The notes under the pieces: model-generated
Databases searched by the model: none
What the model was told of the DNA's origin: nothing
What the model saw: the letters and a program-made list of their open reading frames with translations, nothing else
NCBI RefSeq assembly: GCF_902713615.1
Contig: NC_052162.1
Coordinates: forward strand, 114,818,742 to 114,882,741
From: Scyliorhinus canicula
Taxonomy: Eukaryota
Direction of reading: 5' to 3'
Length of the DNA stretch: 64,000 nucleotides
In this document: piece by piece, positions 33,888-46,619 of the stretch
How positions within the stretch are numbered: position 1 is the stretch's first letter
How the letters are laid out: each line of letters starts with the position of its first letter
Made by a program: the position numbers and the translations under genes

Positions 33888-36800
33888 AGTATACAGTGAA
33901 AAGTATTGTTTCTTGCATGCTATACAGACAACGCATACTGTACATAGGAAAGGAAGGCGAGACTGCAGAATATAATGTTACAGTTATAGCAAGGGTGTAG
34001 AGAAAAGATCAACTTAATACGAGGTAGGTCCAAAGTCTGATGGCAGTAGGGAAGAAGCTGTTCTTGAGTCGGTTGGTCCGTGACCTCAAACTTTGGTATC
34101 TTTTTCCTGACGGAAGAAGGTGGAAGGGAGTATGTCTGAGGTACGTGGGGTCCTTAATTATCCTGGCTGCCTTTCCGAGACAGCAGGAATTGTAGGCAGA
34201 GTCAATGGATGGGAGGCTGATTTGCGTGATGTATTTGGCTACATTCATGACCTTTTGCAATTTACTGCGTTCTTGGGCAGAGTAGGCTCCATCCCAAGCT
34301 GTGATACAACCAGAAAGAATGATTTCTATGGTGCATCTGTAAATGTTGTTGAGACATGCCAAATTTCCTTAGTCTTCTGAGAAAGTAGAGTCATTGGTGG
34401 GTTTTCTTAACTATAGTGTCAGCATGGGGGGACCAGGACAGGTTGTTGGTGATCTGCACACCTAAAAACTTGAAGTTCCCGACCCTTTCTACTTCGTTCC
34501 CATTGATGTAGACAGGGGCATGTTCTCCACTACGTTTCCTGACATCGATGACAATCTCCTTCGTTTTGTTGACATTGAGGGAGAGATTATTGTCTGTTGC
34601 ACCAGTTCACCAGATTCTCTATCTCATTCCTGTACTCTGTCTCGTCATTGTATTGAGATCCGACCCACTATGGTGGTGTCATCAGCAAATTTGAAAATCG
34701 AGTTGTAGGGGCAGCGGGGTGGGGGAATATTTTGATGCAGCAAATGGTAATGACCTGGAACTTGCCAACTGTGAGGGGGAGGTGCTGTGTGGAAATGAAG
34801 ACAATGGAGAATTTCAAACTGAAATTGGATTGGTATTTGAGGGAACTAAATTGCAGGGCTGCAGGGATAGAACGGGGCACTGGGAACATATCAGCCATGA
34901 CAGAGTCAATGGATGGGAGGCAGGTTCGTGTGAGGGACTGGGCTGTGTTCATGACTCTGTAGTTCATAACAGTCTTGGGCCGAGCAGTTGCCATACCAAA
35001 CTGTGCTGCAGCCAGATAGGATGCTTTCTATGGTGAATCTGTAATAATTGTTAAGATTCAATGTAGACGTGCTGAATTTCCTTAGTTTCCTGAGGAAGTA
35101 TAGGCGCTGTTGTGCTTTCTTGGCCGTAGTGTTGACGTTGGTGGACCGGGACAGATTGTTGGTGATTTGCACACCGAGCAATTTGAAGCTGTCAACCATC
35201 TCCCCCTCGGCACCATTGATGCAGACAGGGGTGTGGATGATATTTTGCTTCCTGAAGTAAATGACCAGCTCCTTAGTTTTGCTGACATTGAGGGAGAGAT
35301 TGTTGCCATTACGCCATGCCACTAGGTTCTCTATCTCCCTCCTGTACTCTGACACATCGTTGTTTGATATGCGACCCACTGCAGTCGTGTCATTGGCAAA
35401 CATGGAGCGGGAGCCAAATTTTGCCACAAAGTCGTGTGTGTACAGGGAATACTGTAGGGAGCTAAGTACACAGCCTTGTGGGGCCCCTGTATTGAGGACA
35501 AACGCATAGGAGGAGGCATTGTTGTTTATCCTTACTGATTGCTGTCTGTGGGTCAGGAAGTTGATGATCCAGTTGCAGGGGGAGGAGCCAAGTCCTAGGT
35601 TTTGACATGAGCTTGGCTGGGATTATGGAGTTGAAGGCAGAGCTGTTGTTAATGAATAGGAGTCTGACATAGGAGTCCTTGTTGTCGAGATGCTCCAGGA
35701 ATGAGTGTAGGGCCAGGGAGATGGCGGTGGCGTCTGCGGTGGCAGAATGGACCATGGCGGTATGCGAATTGCAGTGGATCAAGGCACCCTGGGTGTCTGG
35801 AGTTGAAGTGTCTCATGGCCAACCTCTCGAAGCTCATCATAATGATCGATGCCAAGGCCACTGGATGGTAGTGGTTGAGGCATGGTGCCTGGTTCTCCTT
35901 TGGCACCGGTATGGATGGTGGTCTTCTTGAAGCAGGTGGGAATCTCGGAACGGAGTAGGGAGAGGTTGAGGATGTCCGGAAACATATCCGCCAGTTGGTC
36001 CGCACAGTATCTGGGTGCACGACCAGGGATCCCGTCAGGACCTGCCACTGACCGAGGGTTCATTTTCAAGAAGCCGATCTGACTTTGGAGGCTGTGACGG
36101 TTGGTATGTCACAGGTTTGTGTGTCCAAGGTTGCTGAGGCAGTTGACAAAGGTTTGTTGATTTCCTGTTGAAGTGAACATAGAATGGATTGAATTTGTCG
36201 GGGAGGGCTGCCCTGTTGCCAAAGATTCTTCTCGGCTTTGCAGCTCATTATGTTGTTGAAGCCTTGCCACAGCCGACGATAGTCCATGTCATTAGTCTGT
36301 GATTCTAGCTTAGTCTGGTATTGTTTCTTGACGTCCCTGTTGGCTTTGTGGAGGTCGTACCTAGATTTCTTGTCCAGATCAAGGTTGCCTGTCTTGAATG
36401 CCTCAGACCTGGCCATCAGTCGGGAGTGAATCTCCCGATTAAACCATGGTTTCTGGTTGGGTAACGTACCTACTACCTTCTTTGTCACACAATCTTCTAC
36501 ACACTTGCTGATGAAGTCTGTGATGGTGCTGGCAAACTCGTTTAGGTTGGCTGCTGAGTTCTTGAATATGGACCAGTCAAATGACTCCAAGCAGTCGCGT
36601 AGGAGCTCTTCCTTTACCGCGACCAGTTTTGCACAACCTTCTTAACCGGATTCTCCCATTAAGTTTCTGCTTATATGCTGGGAGAAGGAGCACCGTCTTG
36701 TGGTCTGATTTTCCAAAGTGCTGTTGGGGGATGGATTGAGAGGCGCCCTTGATGTTTGTGTAGCAGTGGTCAAGGATGTTGGGGCCCCTGTTGGGACAGG

Positions 36801-36910
36801 AGATGTGGTGGTAGAATTGCGGTGGTGGAATTTTGGCTGTACACTCGAGGTTGGCCTGGTTAAAGTCCCTGACCACGATGAACAAGGCCTCCGGGTATTC
36901 TGCTTCATTG
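33888..36910 (-). mobile_element. Rex1/Babar-clade LINE: two tandem decayed copies (33888-34708; 34900-36910); extreme 3' tail displaced to 31979-32000
   Basis: FIVVRDFNQANL (EN), [54 protein letters not shown]. Confidence 0.85.
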
Positions 36911-37669
36911 TTAGGTGTGGCCTTGTTCGTGTTTCATCAGGTTGGATGAGGTTCTAAACCTCTTTGCACAGTGAGAGCAGCTGAACGGTCTCTCCTCAGA
37001 ATGAATGCGCTGGTGAATCATCAGTACCTGAGAGCTTTTAAACCCATTCCCACAGTCAGAGCATTTAAAGGGTCTCTCATTGGTGTGAGTGACATTGTGG
37101 CTCAGCAGGCTGGATAATTGACTGAATCCCTTCCCACACACAGTGCAGGTGAATGGCCTCTCCCCAGTGTGAACTCGCTGGTGTGTCTTCAGGTGGGCTA
37201 ACCGAGTGAATCCCTTATCACACACAGTGCAGGTGAATGGCCTCTCCCCGGTGTGCACTCGATTGTGGACCAGCAGGTTGGGTAACTGAGTGAATCCCTT
37301 CCCACACACAGTGCAGGTGAACGGACTCTCCCCAGTGTGAACTCGATGGTGTCTCTGCAGGTGGGATAACCGAGTGAATTCCTTCCCACAGTCCGAGCAG
37401 GTGAACGGCCTCTCCCCAGTGTGAACTCGCTCGTGTCTCCGCAGGTTGCCGATATCAGTGAATCCCTTTTCACACTGAGAGCAGGTGAATGGCTTCTCTC
37501 CACTGTGACTCCGTTGATGCCTTTCCAGCTCATGTGGGGCTGTGAATCCCTTCCCACATACCGAGCAGGTGAACAGCTTCTCTCCAGTGTGACTGCGTTG
37601 ATGCCTGTCCAGCCCGTACGGGCCTTTGAATCCCTTCCCACAATCCTCACATTTCCATGGTTTCTCCAT
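36911..37669 (-). CDS. C2H2 zinc-finger protein ZNF-C1, 252 aa, 9 fingers
   Basis: ATG at 37669 (MEKPWKCEDCGKG); intact; exon-2 module at about 38205-38272; exon-1 donor at 39396. Confidence 0.85.
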   Translation of the reverse strand: MEKPWKCEDCGKGFKGPYGLDRHQRSHTGEKLFTCSVCGKGFTAPHELERHQRSHSGEKPFTCSQCEKGFTDIGNLRRHERVHTGERPFTCSDCGKEFTRLSHLQRHHRVHTGESPFTCTVCGKGFTQLPNLLVHNRVHTGERPFTCTVCDKGFTRLAHLKTHQRVHTGERPFTCTVCGKGFSQLSSLLSHNVTHTNERPFKCSDCGNGFKSSQVLMIHQRIHSEERPFSCSHCAKRFRTSSNLMKHEQGHT

Positions 37670-38819
37670 GGTCCGGATGATCTTGCGTCTCACTGCGTTG
37701 GACGATCAGTTGAAGCGTCGTCCACACACAGAACACCTTTTCAGTCTCTCTTTGCTGTGAATGGTGTGATTTTTTTTTCAGGCTGTGTCACTAGTTAAAG
37801 CTCTTTCCACAATCAGTGCTCTGGAACAGTCTCACACGGGTGTGTGTGTCTCAGTCTTTTTCCTGACACACTGATGTTTAAAATCTCTTGAAGCAGACAG
37901 AATAGACAAACATTTCTCCTTCTAGATTCAAAGGCCGATGATATTCGGTTCCCAAGAATTGAGTGACTCAGTCAGATCTTGACGTGATATTTAGTTTGAG
38001 GTATCCACCTCAAACACCTCTCGTTCTAACTTCCTGCAAAAGGATTTTACAAAAGTCATCACTGTCAGTACAGGATAGAAATTCAGAACAGACAATTCTT
38101 GTTTCTATCGAACATTCTTTCCTCTTTGTCTTTCCCTCAAATTCCCTAAATGTCCATTTCACACACTCTCCCTCCATTCTCACTCTGCTGTATCTAATAT
38201 TCACCCTCCCAATTCTCCTGAAGATGCTGAATCAGACTGATTGACAGATCCAAGCTCACTGCTTCCTGTCCTGGACACAGAGGCTGCCAGACAGATATAT
38301 GTCTATGTTACTGGACGAAAAATGTGTGTAATAGACAGACTGGATTGACTTCCTTTCCCTCCCAATCCTCATGAAGGTGCTGATTGATGATCAACAAATC
38401 TAAACTCATTACAACCTGTACGAGAGCAGAGACTCTCCATCTAAGTATATTTACTGATTAGAGATGGGGTGATTCTGAGGAAGAATTTTATTTAGTCACA
38501 GAGTGATCATGTCGAGGAACTCACTGCCCACAATGGTTCTGGAAGTCGAGATGATCGATAATTCAAAATGACATTGAAGAAAATCAGGTGAACAGAGATA
38601 TAGAGGGGGATTGGGACTGATTGTATTGCTGTACAGAGAGTCAGGATTGACTCGAGTTGCCAAATGGATTCTGTCAGTGCTGCAATGACTATGACTTGTA
38701 ATATATAAGGTAGGTACAGTACTATTTACAAAACTAGAACTAATAATCCATGTATTTTATGACAAAACCATCAATAATAGATCTAATATATTCCATATAA
38801 CAAAACTGGACATATCTGT

Positions 38820-39115
38820 CCGATTACAGTTTAGCTGGGGCTCATGGTTGCCATACTTGGTCAAATGCTGCTTCGACGTCAAGGGCAGTCACTCTCACCT
38901 CACCTCTGGCATTCATGTCCATGTTTCAACTCAGACTGCAACGAGGTCAGGAGCTGAGTGACCCTGGCGGAACCCAAACTGAGCATCCGTGAGCAGGTTA
39001 TTGCTGAGTAAGTACCACTTGATGGCACTATTCACGACTCCTTCCATCACTTTGCTGATGATAGAGAATAGACTGAAAGGGTGACAATTGGTTGGGTTTC
39101 ATTTGTCCTGTTTAC
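38820..39115 (-). mobile_element. L2/CR1-group LINE RT fragment
   Basis: SLFSIISKVMEGVVNSAIK..NNLLTDAQFGFRQGHSAPDL. Confidence 0.7.
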
Positions 39116-39860
39116 TGTCCCCTTAAATGTCAGCCATCTCCTGGGGAAACCAGTCCTTTAATTGTGAACATTAGGAAAGAGACCATCCTTTTAGCCAGAC
39201 AAAGAAATGTGTCAAGCCGAGGGAGCAAAGGATGTCAATGTCTTTAAGAGAGAGAGAGAGACCTGGGCCAAGGTTTGCAGAGTCTGCACCCTCCCTGGAT
39301 TCACTTCCTTTCCCTTCAGTTGCTGCAAGTGACCAATTGAAGGTCAGAATGAGAAAAGAAATGGAAAGGGGGGAGAAAAGAAAGTGTTTTACTCACAAAT
39401 GTTGGAGACAGGAGTCTGTGTGCAGCTCAAGCTCACTCAGGGTTGGGGAAACAACAGCTTTGCTCGGCACAAACCTCCATGTCCGGCTTCCGCATTGAGA
39501 CAATGGGGGAGCTCTGATTGGCTGAGAAACAGAGTCCTTCCGGTTTTCCTATCTTCCCATTGGTCAATACCTCAGCAGTAAAGTCAGCAGAAGTGAGCTC
39601 CCCGGCACATGCGCAACTTCTCCCCTTGGACATGCGCAGTCCCGGGTCTGGGGAGGGGGAGGACACCAACGGGACGGAACTGTCAGCCGGTTGCCTGGAA
39701 ACCGACTTGACAATGTGCTGGGGGAGTGGAACAAAGGGGCTCCCGTGTCTGCGCGGCCGCGCTCAAATGCATGACGTCACTGCGGAACGGATTTATTCCT
39801 ATTGGCTGATTCAGAGGACAAACTCCTTTGTGATGTCACAATGTGGAGGTTGGACAATGA
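39115..39860 (-). promoter_or_regulatory. Putative promoter C and exon 1 of ZNF-C1
   Basis: GTGAGT donor at 39396-39391; ATTGG at 39517 and 39559; CTTCCGG at 39537; CATGCGCA twice; GTTGCCTGGAAAC at about 39690; TGACGTCA at 39772. Confidence 0.7.
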
Positions 39861-40182
39861 GTTTCAGACTAAAACTTCCTCCTCTGGGCAACATCTGGGA
39901 GCAAATCAATGTCTCCCCCTTTCAGAAGGTCATAAGATATAGGAACAGTATTAGGCCATTTGGCCCATCGAGTATAACCCTTCAAGATGAAAAATCTGTC
40001 CAACTCCTCCCTAAATTTACTCACAGTCCCAGCTCCACCGCACTCTGGGGTTGTGAATTCCACAGATTCACAGCCCTTGGGAGTAGCAGCTTCTCCTCAA
40101 CTCTGTTTTGAATAGGGCAGCCGATGGCCAGTGGTTAGCACTGCTGTCTACGGCGCTGAGGCCCTGGGTTACTGTCTGCGTG

Positions 40183-40332
40183 CACAGTAAGAAGTCTTAC
40201 AACACCAGGTTAAAGTTCAACAGATTTGTTTCAAACACGAGCTTTCGGAGCACTGCTCCTTCCTCAGGTGAATCCTGGTGTTGTAAGACTTCTTACTGTG
40301 CTCACCCCAGTCCAACACCAACATCTCCACAT
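40183..40332. mobile_element. Palindromic Penelope-derived element with a hammerhead core at 40236-40270 (minus), inserted in a short SINE (40114-40475)
   Basis: CAC-CTGAGGA-AGGAGC-AGT-GCTCC-GAAA-GC-TC-GTG; inverted CAGTAAGAAGTCTTACAACACCAGG arms. Confidence 0.8.
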
Positions 40333-40571
40333 ACTGTCTGGAATTTGCACTTTCTCCCCGTGTCTGTAGGTTTCACCCCCGCAACCCAAAGATGTGCAGA
40401 GTAGGTGGATTGGCCACACTAAATTGCGCCTTAATTGTAAAAAAAATGATTGGGTACACTGAATTTATTTTAAAATTAAAACTGTTTTGAATTTGCTACC
40501 ACTTATCGTAAAACTATTACCTCTCATTCTGGAATGCCCCGCAAGAGGCAGCAGCTGCTCCAAGTCTACTT

Positions 40572-41305
40572 TATCTTTCCATTTCTTTTCTCATTCTGAG
40601 GGGACACTGGTGACTTGCAGCAACTGAAGAGAAAGGAAGTGAATCCAGTCTGTATGTTGCACACATTTTTAGTTCAGTAATATAGACATATTTCTGTCTG
40701 GCAGTCTGCATGGAGAATTTCAGGCCTCTGTCCAGTATAGGAAGCAGTGAGCAGGGATCTGTCAATCAGCCTGAATCAGCACCTTCAGAGAATTGGGAGG
40801 GCGAATATTAGATACAGCAGAGTGAGATGGAGGGAGAGTGTGTTGGATGGCGATTTACAGCTTTTGAGGAAAGAATGTTTCACAGGAACTAGAATTGTCT
40901 GTTCTTAATTTCCATTTGTGAATACCTTTTACAAGATATTAGATGATGATTTGCAGAAAAAAAGACTTCAGGATTTGGAAGTCACTTGGTTATGAGCGGC
41001 ATGGTGGTTAGCACTGTTGCTTTACAGCACCAGGGTGCCTGGTTCGATTCCCGGCTTGGGTCACTGTCTGTGCGGAGTCTGCACGTTCTCCACATGTCTG
41101 TGTGGGTTTCCTCTGGTTATCTCCCACAAGTCCCGAAAGATGTGCTGCTAGGTAATTTGGACATTCTGAATTCTCCCTCTGTACCCAAACAGGCGCCGTA
41201 ATGTGGCGACTTGGGGCTTTCCCCGGTAACTTCATTGCAGTGTTAATGTAAGCCTACTTGTGACAATTAAGATTATTATTATATCAGGACCTGAATATCA
41301 TCAGG
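40572..41305 (+). pseudogene. Remnant ZNF-C2: intron-1 piece, exon-2 module and start of exon 3; finger array absent
   Basis: Homology to the leader module of the other copies; continues after a SINE as GGACCTGAATATCATC, then jumps to sequence homologous to 12890-13660. Confidence 0.7.
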
Positions 41306-41829
41306 AGAACCATCACTGCAAGACACTTCTGGGGTTAAGGATTGCCAGTCAGGCAAAGGAATAGAATGGAAGTAAACACAGGAACGAAGAGTCACATTGG
41401 ACTGGTTCCAGGGGAATTGAGTGACAACTTCAGCGACGTTACCATGGAGTGCGATTTTTGATTGTGTCAAAGTAAAAGGGCAACGTTCTATTTATAGTTT
41501 AATGAATACGTTCTTCATAAAAATAGTGTTTAGGCAGTGTTGTTTCTAGTTTGTATGTTGCAGGAAAAGTCATAAAACTTGAAGTTTTTGTCTTATGACT
41601 CATTAATTTGTTCACTGGGTTTACAATTTATTTTTTTAAATTACTGATCTTGGCAGAGATCTTGCACAGTTGGTTTAGAACCACAAGTTTCAACTTCCCA
41701 TTTAATCCTCAGGCAACTTGCTGTCTCTCTGTTGCACATGTCAATGACAGCCCAGTAACAGAGCTGAGGGCTGGAGATGCTGCGACCCCTTGTCGGAGCT
41801 GGAATCAGTAGAAAGAAGAACCGTAGTTT

Positions 41830-42705
41830 CTTTTTTTAGAAAATATCTTATTAAGGTATGTATAATTGTAACAATTTTAACCATCAGGTGTCAAAAGGAA
41901 CAAAACAAGACACCCATCCAGTAACAAACCCAGCCAACATGACTTACACAAACAGGACCTCCTTCCCCAGCCCCCCTTTCCACTGGTGTTCCTAACCTTA
42001 CTCAAACCCCCATGCCCCCCCCCCCCCCCCCACCCCTGCTGATAGCTTAATTTTTCTTGAAGAAGTCAATGAGCGGCAAATCCCTGTAACGATCCCCTCA
42101 AGGTGAACTTGATTTTCTCGAGTCTGAGAAACCCCATCATGTCACTAACCCATAACCCCAACTTCGGGCGTTCCGAGTCCCTCCATCCCAGTAGGATCCG
42201 TCTCTGGGCCACCAGAGAGGCAAAGGCCAGAACATCGGCCTCTCCCACCCCCTGGGCTCCCGGATCTTCCCACACGTCAAAGATCGCCACCTCTGGACTC
42301 GGTACCACCTTCGCCTTTAATACTTCTGACATGAGGTCAGCAAACCCCTGCCAGAAACCTCTCAGCCTCGGACATGCCCAGAACAAATAAACATGGTTCA
42401 CAGGTCCCCCCACACAGCGCCTTCAACTGTCTTCCACCCCCTCAAAGAATTTGCTCATCTGCACCCCTGTCCTGTGCGCTCTATGGACCCCCTTGAATTG
42501 TATTAGGCTGAGCCTGGCACAGGGCGAGGATGCATTGACTCGCCTCAGGCCTCCTCCCATAATCCGGCCTCCAACTCCCCACCCAGCTCTTCTTCCCACT
42601 TTTGCTTCACCTCCCTCGGGGCTCCCTCCCACTCCATCAGTTCCTTGTAGATCTCTGAAACGTTCCCTCCCTTACTCCTACTCCCGACTCCACCTTATCC
42701 GGTAG
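41830..42705 (-). mobile_element. L1-clade ORF2 C-terminus and 3'UTR
   Basis: NHVYLFWACPRLRGFW..LVAQRRILLGW..LEKIKFTLRG; T-run at 41830. Confidence 0.8.
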
Positions 42706-43414
42706 CCCCTGGGTGGTTGGGGGGTGGGGGGGGGGGGGGGGGGGGAAGGGGGCAGGTGCGAGAAGGGAAGAACCATAGTTTCTGGTTGAGCTTTGTGTGA
42801 GCTGTTCAACCATGATGACCATATATAAATAGCTAACCAGGTAATATGTTGTGATGAGGGTTCAGAAACAGACCCTGAGTAGACCAGTTCACTGAAGGTG
42901 TGGGCTTGTCAGCTGCACAGTGGAACCAGGCATCCAACAGCCACAGAGACCTCTAATATTGGACACTGGGTTTAACCCTGTTCTGTATTAAACAGACGTA
43001 ACTGATACTGAGGTTGATATAGTTAATCTGACCCTTAATTCATTCAATTCCAAAAGTGAATAACATTGATTCAAGTTCAGTGAGTACCTTGTCAATCTGT
43101 GAACAAAGTGGTCTCAGTTCATGCAGATCGTGTCTGAACTCAATTTCATTACTTATTTTTGTTACTGACTGGATTGTCTCTCTCCCTTCTCTCCAGCCAT
43201 TTATTGACTTCTTCAGAGAAACCTAAACTGTCGGCAGAGGCAATAAAGGGGAGGGGGTGATGGGATAGGGGGGAAAGTTAGGCTGTTTTGTGTCTAGAGG
43301 AAGCGGGAGCAGTGGGAGATGGAGGGATGTTTACGCACTGAACTATCTTTAAATTTGTATTTGTATCGCTTATTGTTATAAAAGCATAAATGCCTCAATA
43401 AAATGTTTTTAAAA

Positions 43415-43842
43415 ACTTTGCCCCTCGCACCTTAAACCTATATCACCTGGTAATTGACTTTTCCAACCTGGGAAAAAGCTTCTGACTATCCACTCTGTCC
43501 ATGCCACTCATAACCTCGTAAACTTTTATCAGGTTGTCCCTCAACCTCCGTCGCTCGAGTGAAAACAATCCGAGTTCATTGAACCTCTCCTGACAGCTAA
43601 TACCCTCCAGGCCACGCAACATCCTGGTAAACCTCCTCTGTACTCTCTCCAAAGCCTCCACATCCTTCAGGTAATGTGGTAGCCAGAATTGTGGGCAATA
43701 TTCCATGTGTGGCCTAACTCAGGTCCTGTACAGCTGCAGCATGACTTGCCAATTTTTATACTCAATGCCCCGACCAATGAAGACAAGCATGCCGTCTGCC
43801 TTCTTAGCGACCTTATCCACCTGCATTGCCACTTTCAGTGAT
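43415..43842 (-). mobile_element. CR1 fragment
   Basis: EYCPQFWLPHYLKDVEALERVQRRFTRM. Confidence 0.85.
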
Positions 43843-44456
43843 ATGTTTATTGTAATTTCCCAATCTACCAGACAACTTGCCCCTCAAACCATGACAGTTT
43901 CCTTCTGCGAGAAACACCCAGATAAATTAGGCAAAAGAACCCTGTAACCACCATAGCCCATCTTCATGGCAACATGGCTGCTTTGGGAACTAAATATCTT
44001 CCAACGTGCAAACACCTTTTCATTCTGTGCTCCTCGTCAAACTTGGAACCAGGTAATCGCAACGAGGCTCAAAAATGGTCAGCCCACCGAAAGCAGAGGT
44101 GTTAGACCGGCCAGTCCAGCAGAAAGAAACCCTCCAATCATCACCATTCACCAGATGTTAGAATGAACAAAATGCAGTCCTGGATGTCAGTGAGAGCAGA
44201 AACAATAACAACGGAGCCAACATCTGGAATTTATTGTGAACTTGTTGGAGTCACAACAGGTGTGATGAATCACAAAACCCTGCCCCACATTGAGAGCAGA
44301 TGAATGGTCTCTCCCCAGGATTAACTCGCTAGTGTCTCCGTAGTTGGGATGGATCATTGAATGTCTCCCCTGCTCAGAGCAGGTGAATGGCTTCTTCCAG
44401 GTGTGAACTCACTAGTGTTCCCACAGGGTGTATGGATATCTGAATCCCTTCTCTCA

Positions 44457-45323
44457 CTAAGAGCAGGTTAACGCCTTCTCCCCAGTGTGAACACGCTGGT
44501 GTATCCGCAGGTGGGATAACCGAGTGAATCCCTTCTCACACTGAGAGCACATGAACGGCTTCTCCCCTGTGTGAACTCGCTGGTGTCTCTGCAGGTGGGA
44601 TAATCGAGTGAATCCCTTCTCACACTGAGAGCAGATGAACGGCCTCTCCCCTGTGTAAACTTGCTGGTGTCTCTGCAGCTGGGATGATTGAGTGAATCCC
44701 TTCTCACACTGAGAGCAGATGAACGGCCTCTCCCCAGTGTGAACCCGCTGATGTATCCGCAGGTTGGATAATTGAGCATATCCCTTCTCACACTGAGAGC
44801 AGGTGAACGGCCTCTCCCCAGTGTGAACTCGCTGGTGAATCCGCAGGCTCCTTAAAACAGTGAATCTCTTCTCACACTGAGAGCAAGTAAACGGCCTCTC
44901 CCCAGTGTGAACTCGCTGGTGTGTTAGCAGGTTCAACAAAGTCTTGAATCCCTTCTCACACTCAGAGCAGGTGAACGGCCTCTCCCCAGTGTGAACTCGC
45001 TGATGTATCCGCAGGTTGCCTAACTGAGTGAATCCCTTCCCACACTGAGAGCAGGTGAACGGCCTCTCCCCAGTGTGAGTTTGCTGGTGTGACTGCAGGT
45101 TGGATAACCGAGTGAATCCCTTCCCACACTGAGAGCAGGTGAACGGCCTCTCCCCAGTGTGAACTTGCTGGTGTGTCCGCAGGGCGGATAACTGAATGAA
45201 TCCCTTCCTACACACAAAGCAGGTGAATGGCCTCTCCCCAGTGTGAATGCGTCGATGAGCTTCCAGCTGAGATGGAGCCCTGAACCCCTTCCCACAGTCT
45301 CTACATTTCCATGGTTTTTCCAA
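44457..45323 (-). CDS. C2H2 zinc-finger ORF ZNF-D1, 288 codons, 10 fingers (finger 8 H>Y); start codon is TTG, so possibly a pseudogene; about 3 decayed fingers follow to about 44235
   Basis: CAA at 45321-45323 gives TTG where paralogs have ATG; array otherwise open. Confidence 0.6.
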   Translation of the reverse strand: MEKPWKCRDCGKGFRAPSQLEAHRRIHTGERPFTCFVCRKGFIQLSALRTHQQVHTGERPFTCSQCGKGFTRLSNLQSHQQTHTGERPFTCSQCGKGFTQLGNLRIHQRVHTGERPFTCSECEKGFKTLLNLLTHQRVHTGERPFTCSQCEKRFTVLRSLRIHQRVHTGERPFTCSQCEKGYAQLSNLRIHQRVHTGERPFICSQCEKGFTQSSQLQRHQQVYTGERPFICSQCEKGFTRLSHLQRHQRVHTGEKPFMCSQCEKGFTRLSHLRIHQRVHTGEKALTCS

Positions 45324-46004
45324 GGTGGGGGTGTCCTCGTGTCTCTCCAGGTTTGTCGATCAGTTGAAGCCTCGTCCACACACAGAACACGTGTACGGTC
45401 TCTCCCCGCTGTGAATGGAGCGATGTTTTTTCAGGCTGTGTAACTGGTTGAAGCTCTTTCCACTGTCAGTGCTCTGGAACATTCTCACTCGGGTGTGTGT
45501 GTCTCGGTGCTTTTCCAGTCACACTGATGGTTAAAATCTTTTGAAGACGACAGAAAAGCCAAACATTTCTCCTTCTAGATTCAAAGTCCGATGATATCCA
45601 GTTCCAAGGAATTGAGAGACTCAGTCAGATTGAGAGGTGACGGTTGAGGTTTCTGTCTGTAATTCCTCCTCTTCTAATATCCTGTAAAAACAATTTACAA
45701 AAGACATCACTGTCAGTACAGGAGAGGAATTCAGAACAGACAATGCTAGTTCCTAGAGAACATTCTTTCCTTGCTCACTCTCCAAATGCTGTAAATCTTC
45801 ATCCCACACACTCTCCCTCCATTCTCACTCTGCTGTATCTAATATTCACCCTCCCAATTCTCCTGAAGGTGCTGATTCAGGCTGATTGACAGATTCCTGC
45901 TCACTGCTTCCTGTCCTGGACACAGAGATCATAACAAATATGATCTGCAGTTGGCCATTCGGCCCATCGAGCCTGCTCGTCTATTCTGTGGGATCATTGG
46001 CTGA

Positions 46005-46590
46005 TCTATGTTAGTGACATTCTCCGTGTTATTGACCAGAGGCTGAGTGTGCTGACTCAATATATGTGAGCTCATGTGGCCGAACTGTAAAACACCATGA
46101 AGAGGCTCAATGATCCGGAGGAGAGAATCCTGAATATTGAACAAGATGCCTCCTCGGCAGAGGCAAGAATTTAATCATGGGAAAACCGGCTGAGTGGTAT
46201 GATGGACTCCTGGAGAACTTGGAGAACCGAGGGCCAGAGAAAGAACATCTGAGTCGTTGGCCTGCTAGAAGGTGTGGAGAGTAAGGCTTCCGTTAGGTTC
46301 TTCGAGGACCGGCTGCCACATTTTCTCAAGCTGGCTATGAAGCCTAGGTGTTTCAAATTAGAAAGGGCATCGGATCCTGTCTTTGAGGCTGAGGGATAGT
46401 TTTCATCCCAGGCCTGTAATCATTCACTTTCTCAACTTGAAAGATCACCAGAGGGTCCTGGAGACGGGTCAGGTGAGGTGGGACCAGGCTCCTACCTCAC
46501 CTGACAGTGACCCTGAAAATTGTATCTGACAACTCCGTCAAGTCTTTCAATAATCCGACTACTGCCTTGGTCTTCGCTAAATTCTTGAAG
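46005..46590 (+). mobile_element. Old L1 ORF1 fragment in intron 1 of ZNF-D1
   Basis: Decayed LENRGxRKNIxVVGLxEGVE; inverted homolog of 50143-50820. Confidence 0.7.
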
Positions 46591-46619
46591 GGCAAGGATT
46601 TGGAGGGATGGTTTGAAAG

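Noticed and set aside
42715-42752. Long G/C runs (also about 1236, 6538, 17034, 42016, 58197) as G-quadruplex elements
   Set aside because: They lie in or at TE fragments and are error-prone homopolymers with no shared context.
44457-45323. PRDM9-like gene
   Set aside because: The array is homogenised, but no KRAB, SSXRD or PR/SET exons are visible.
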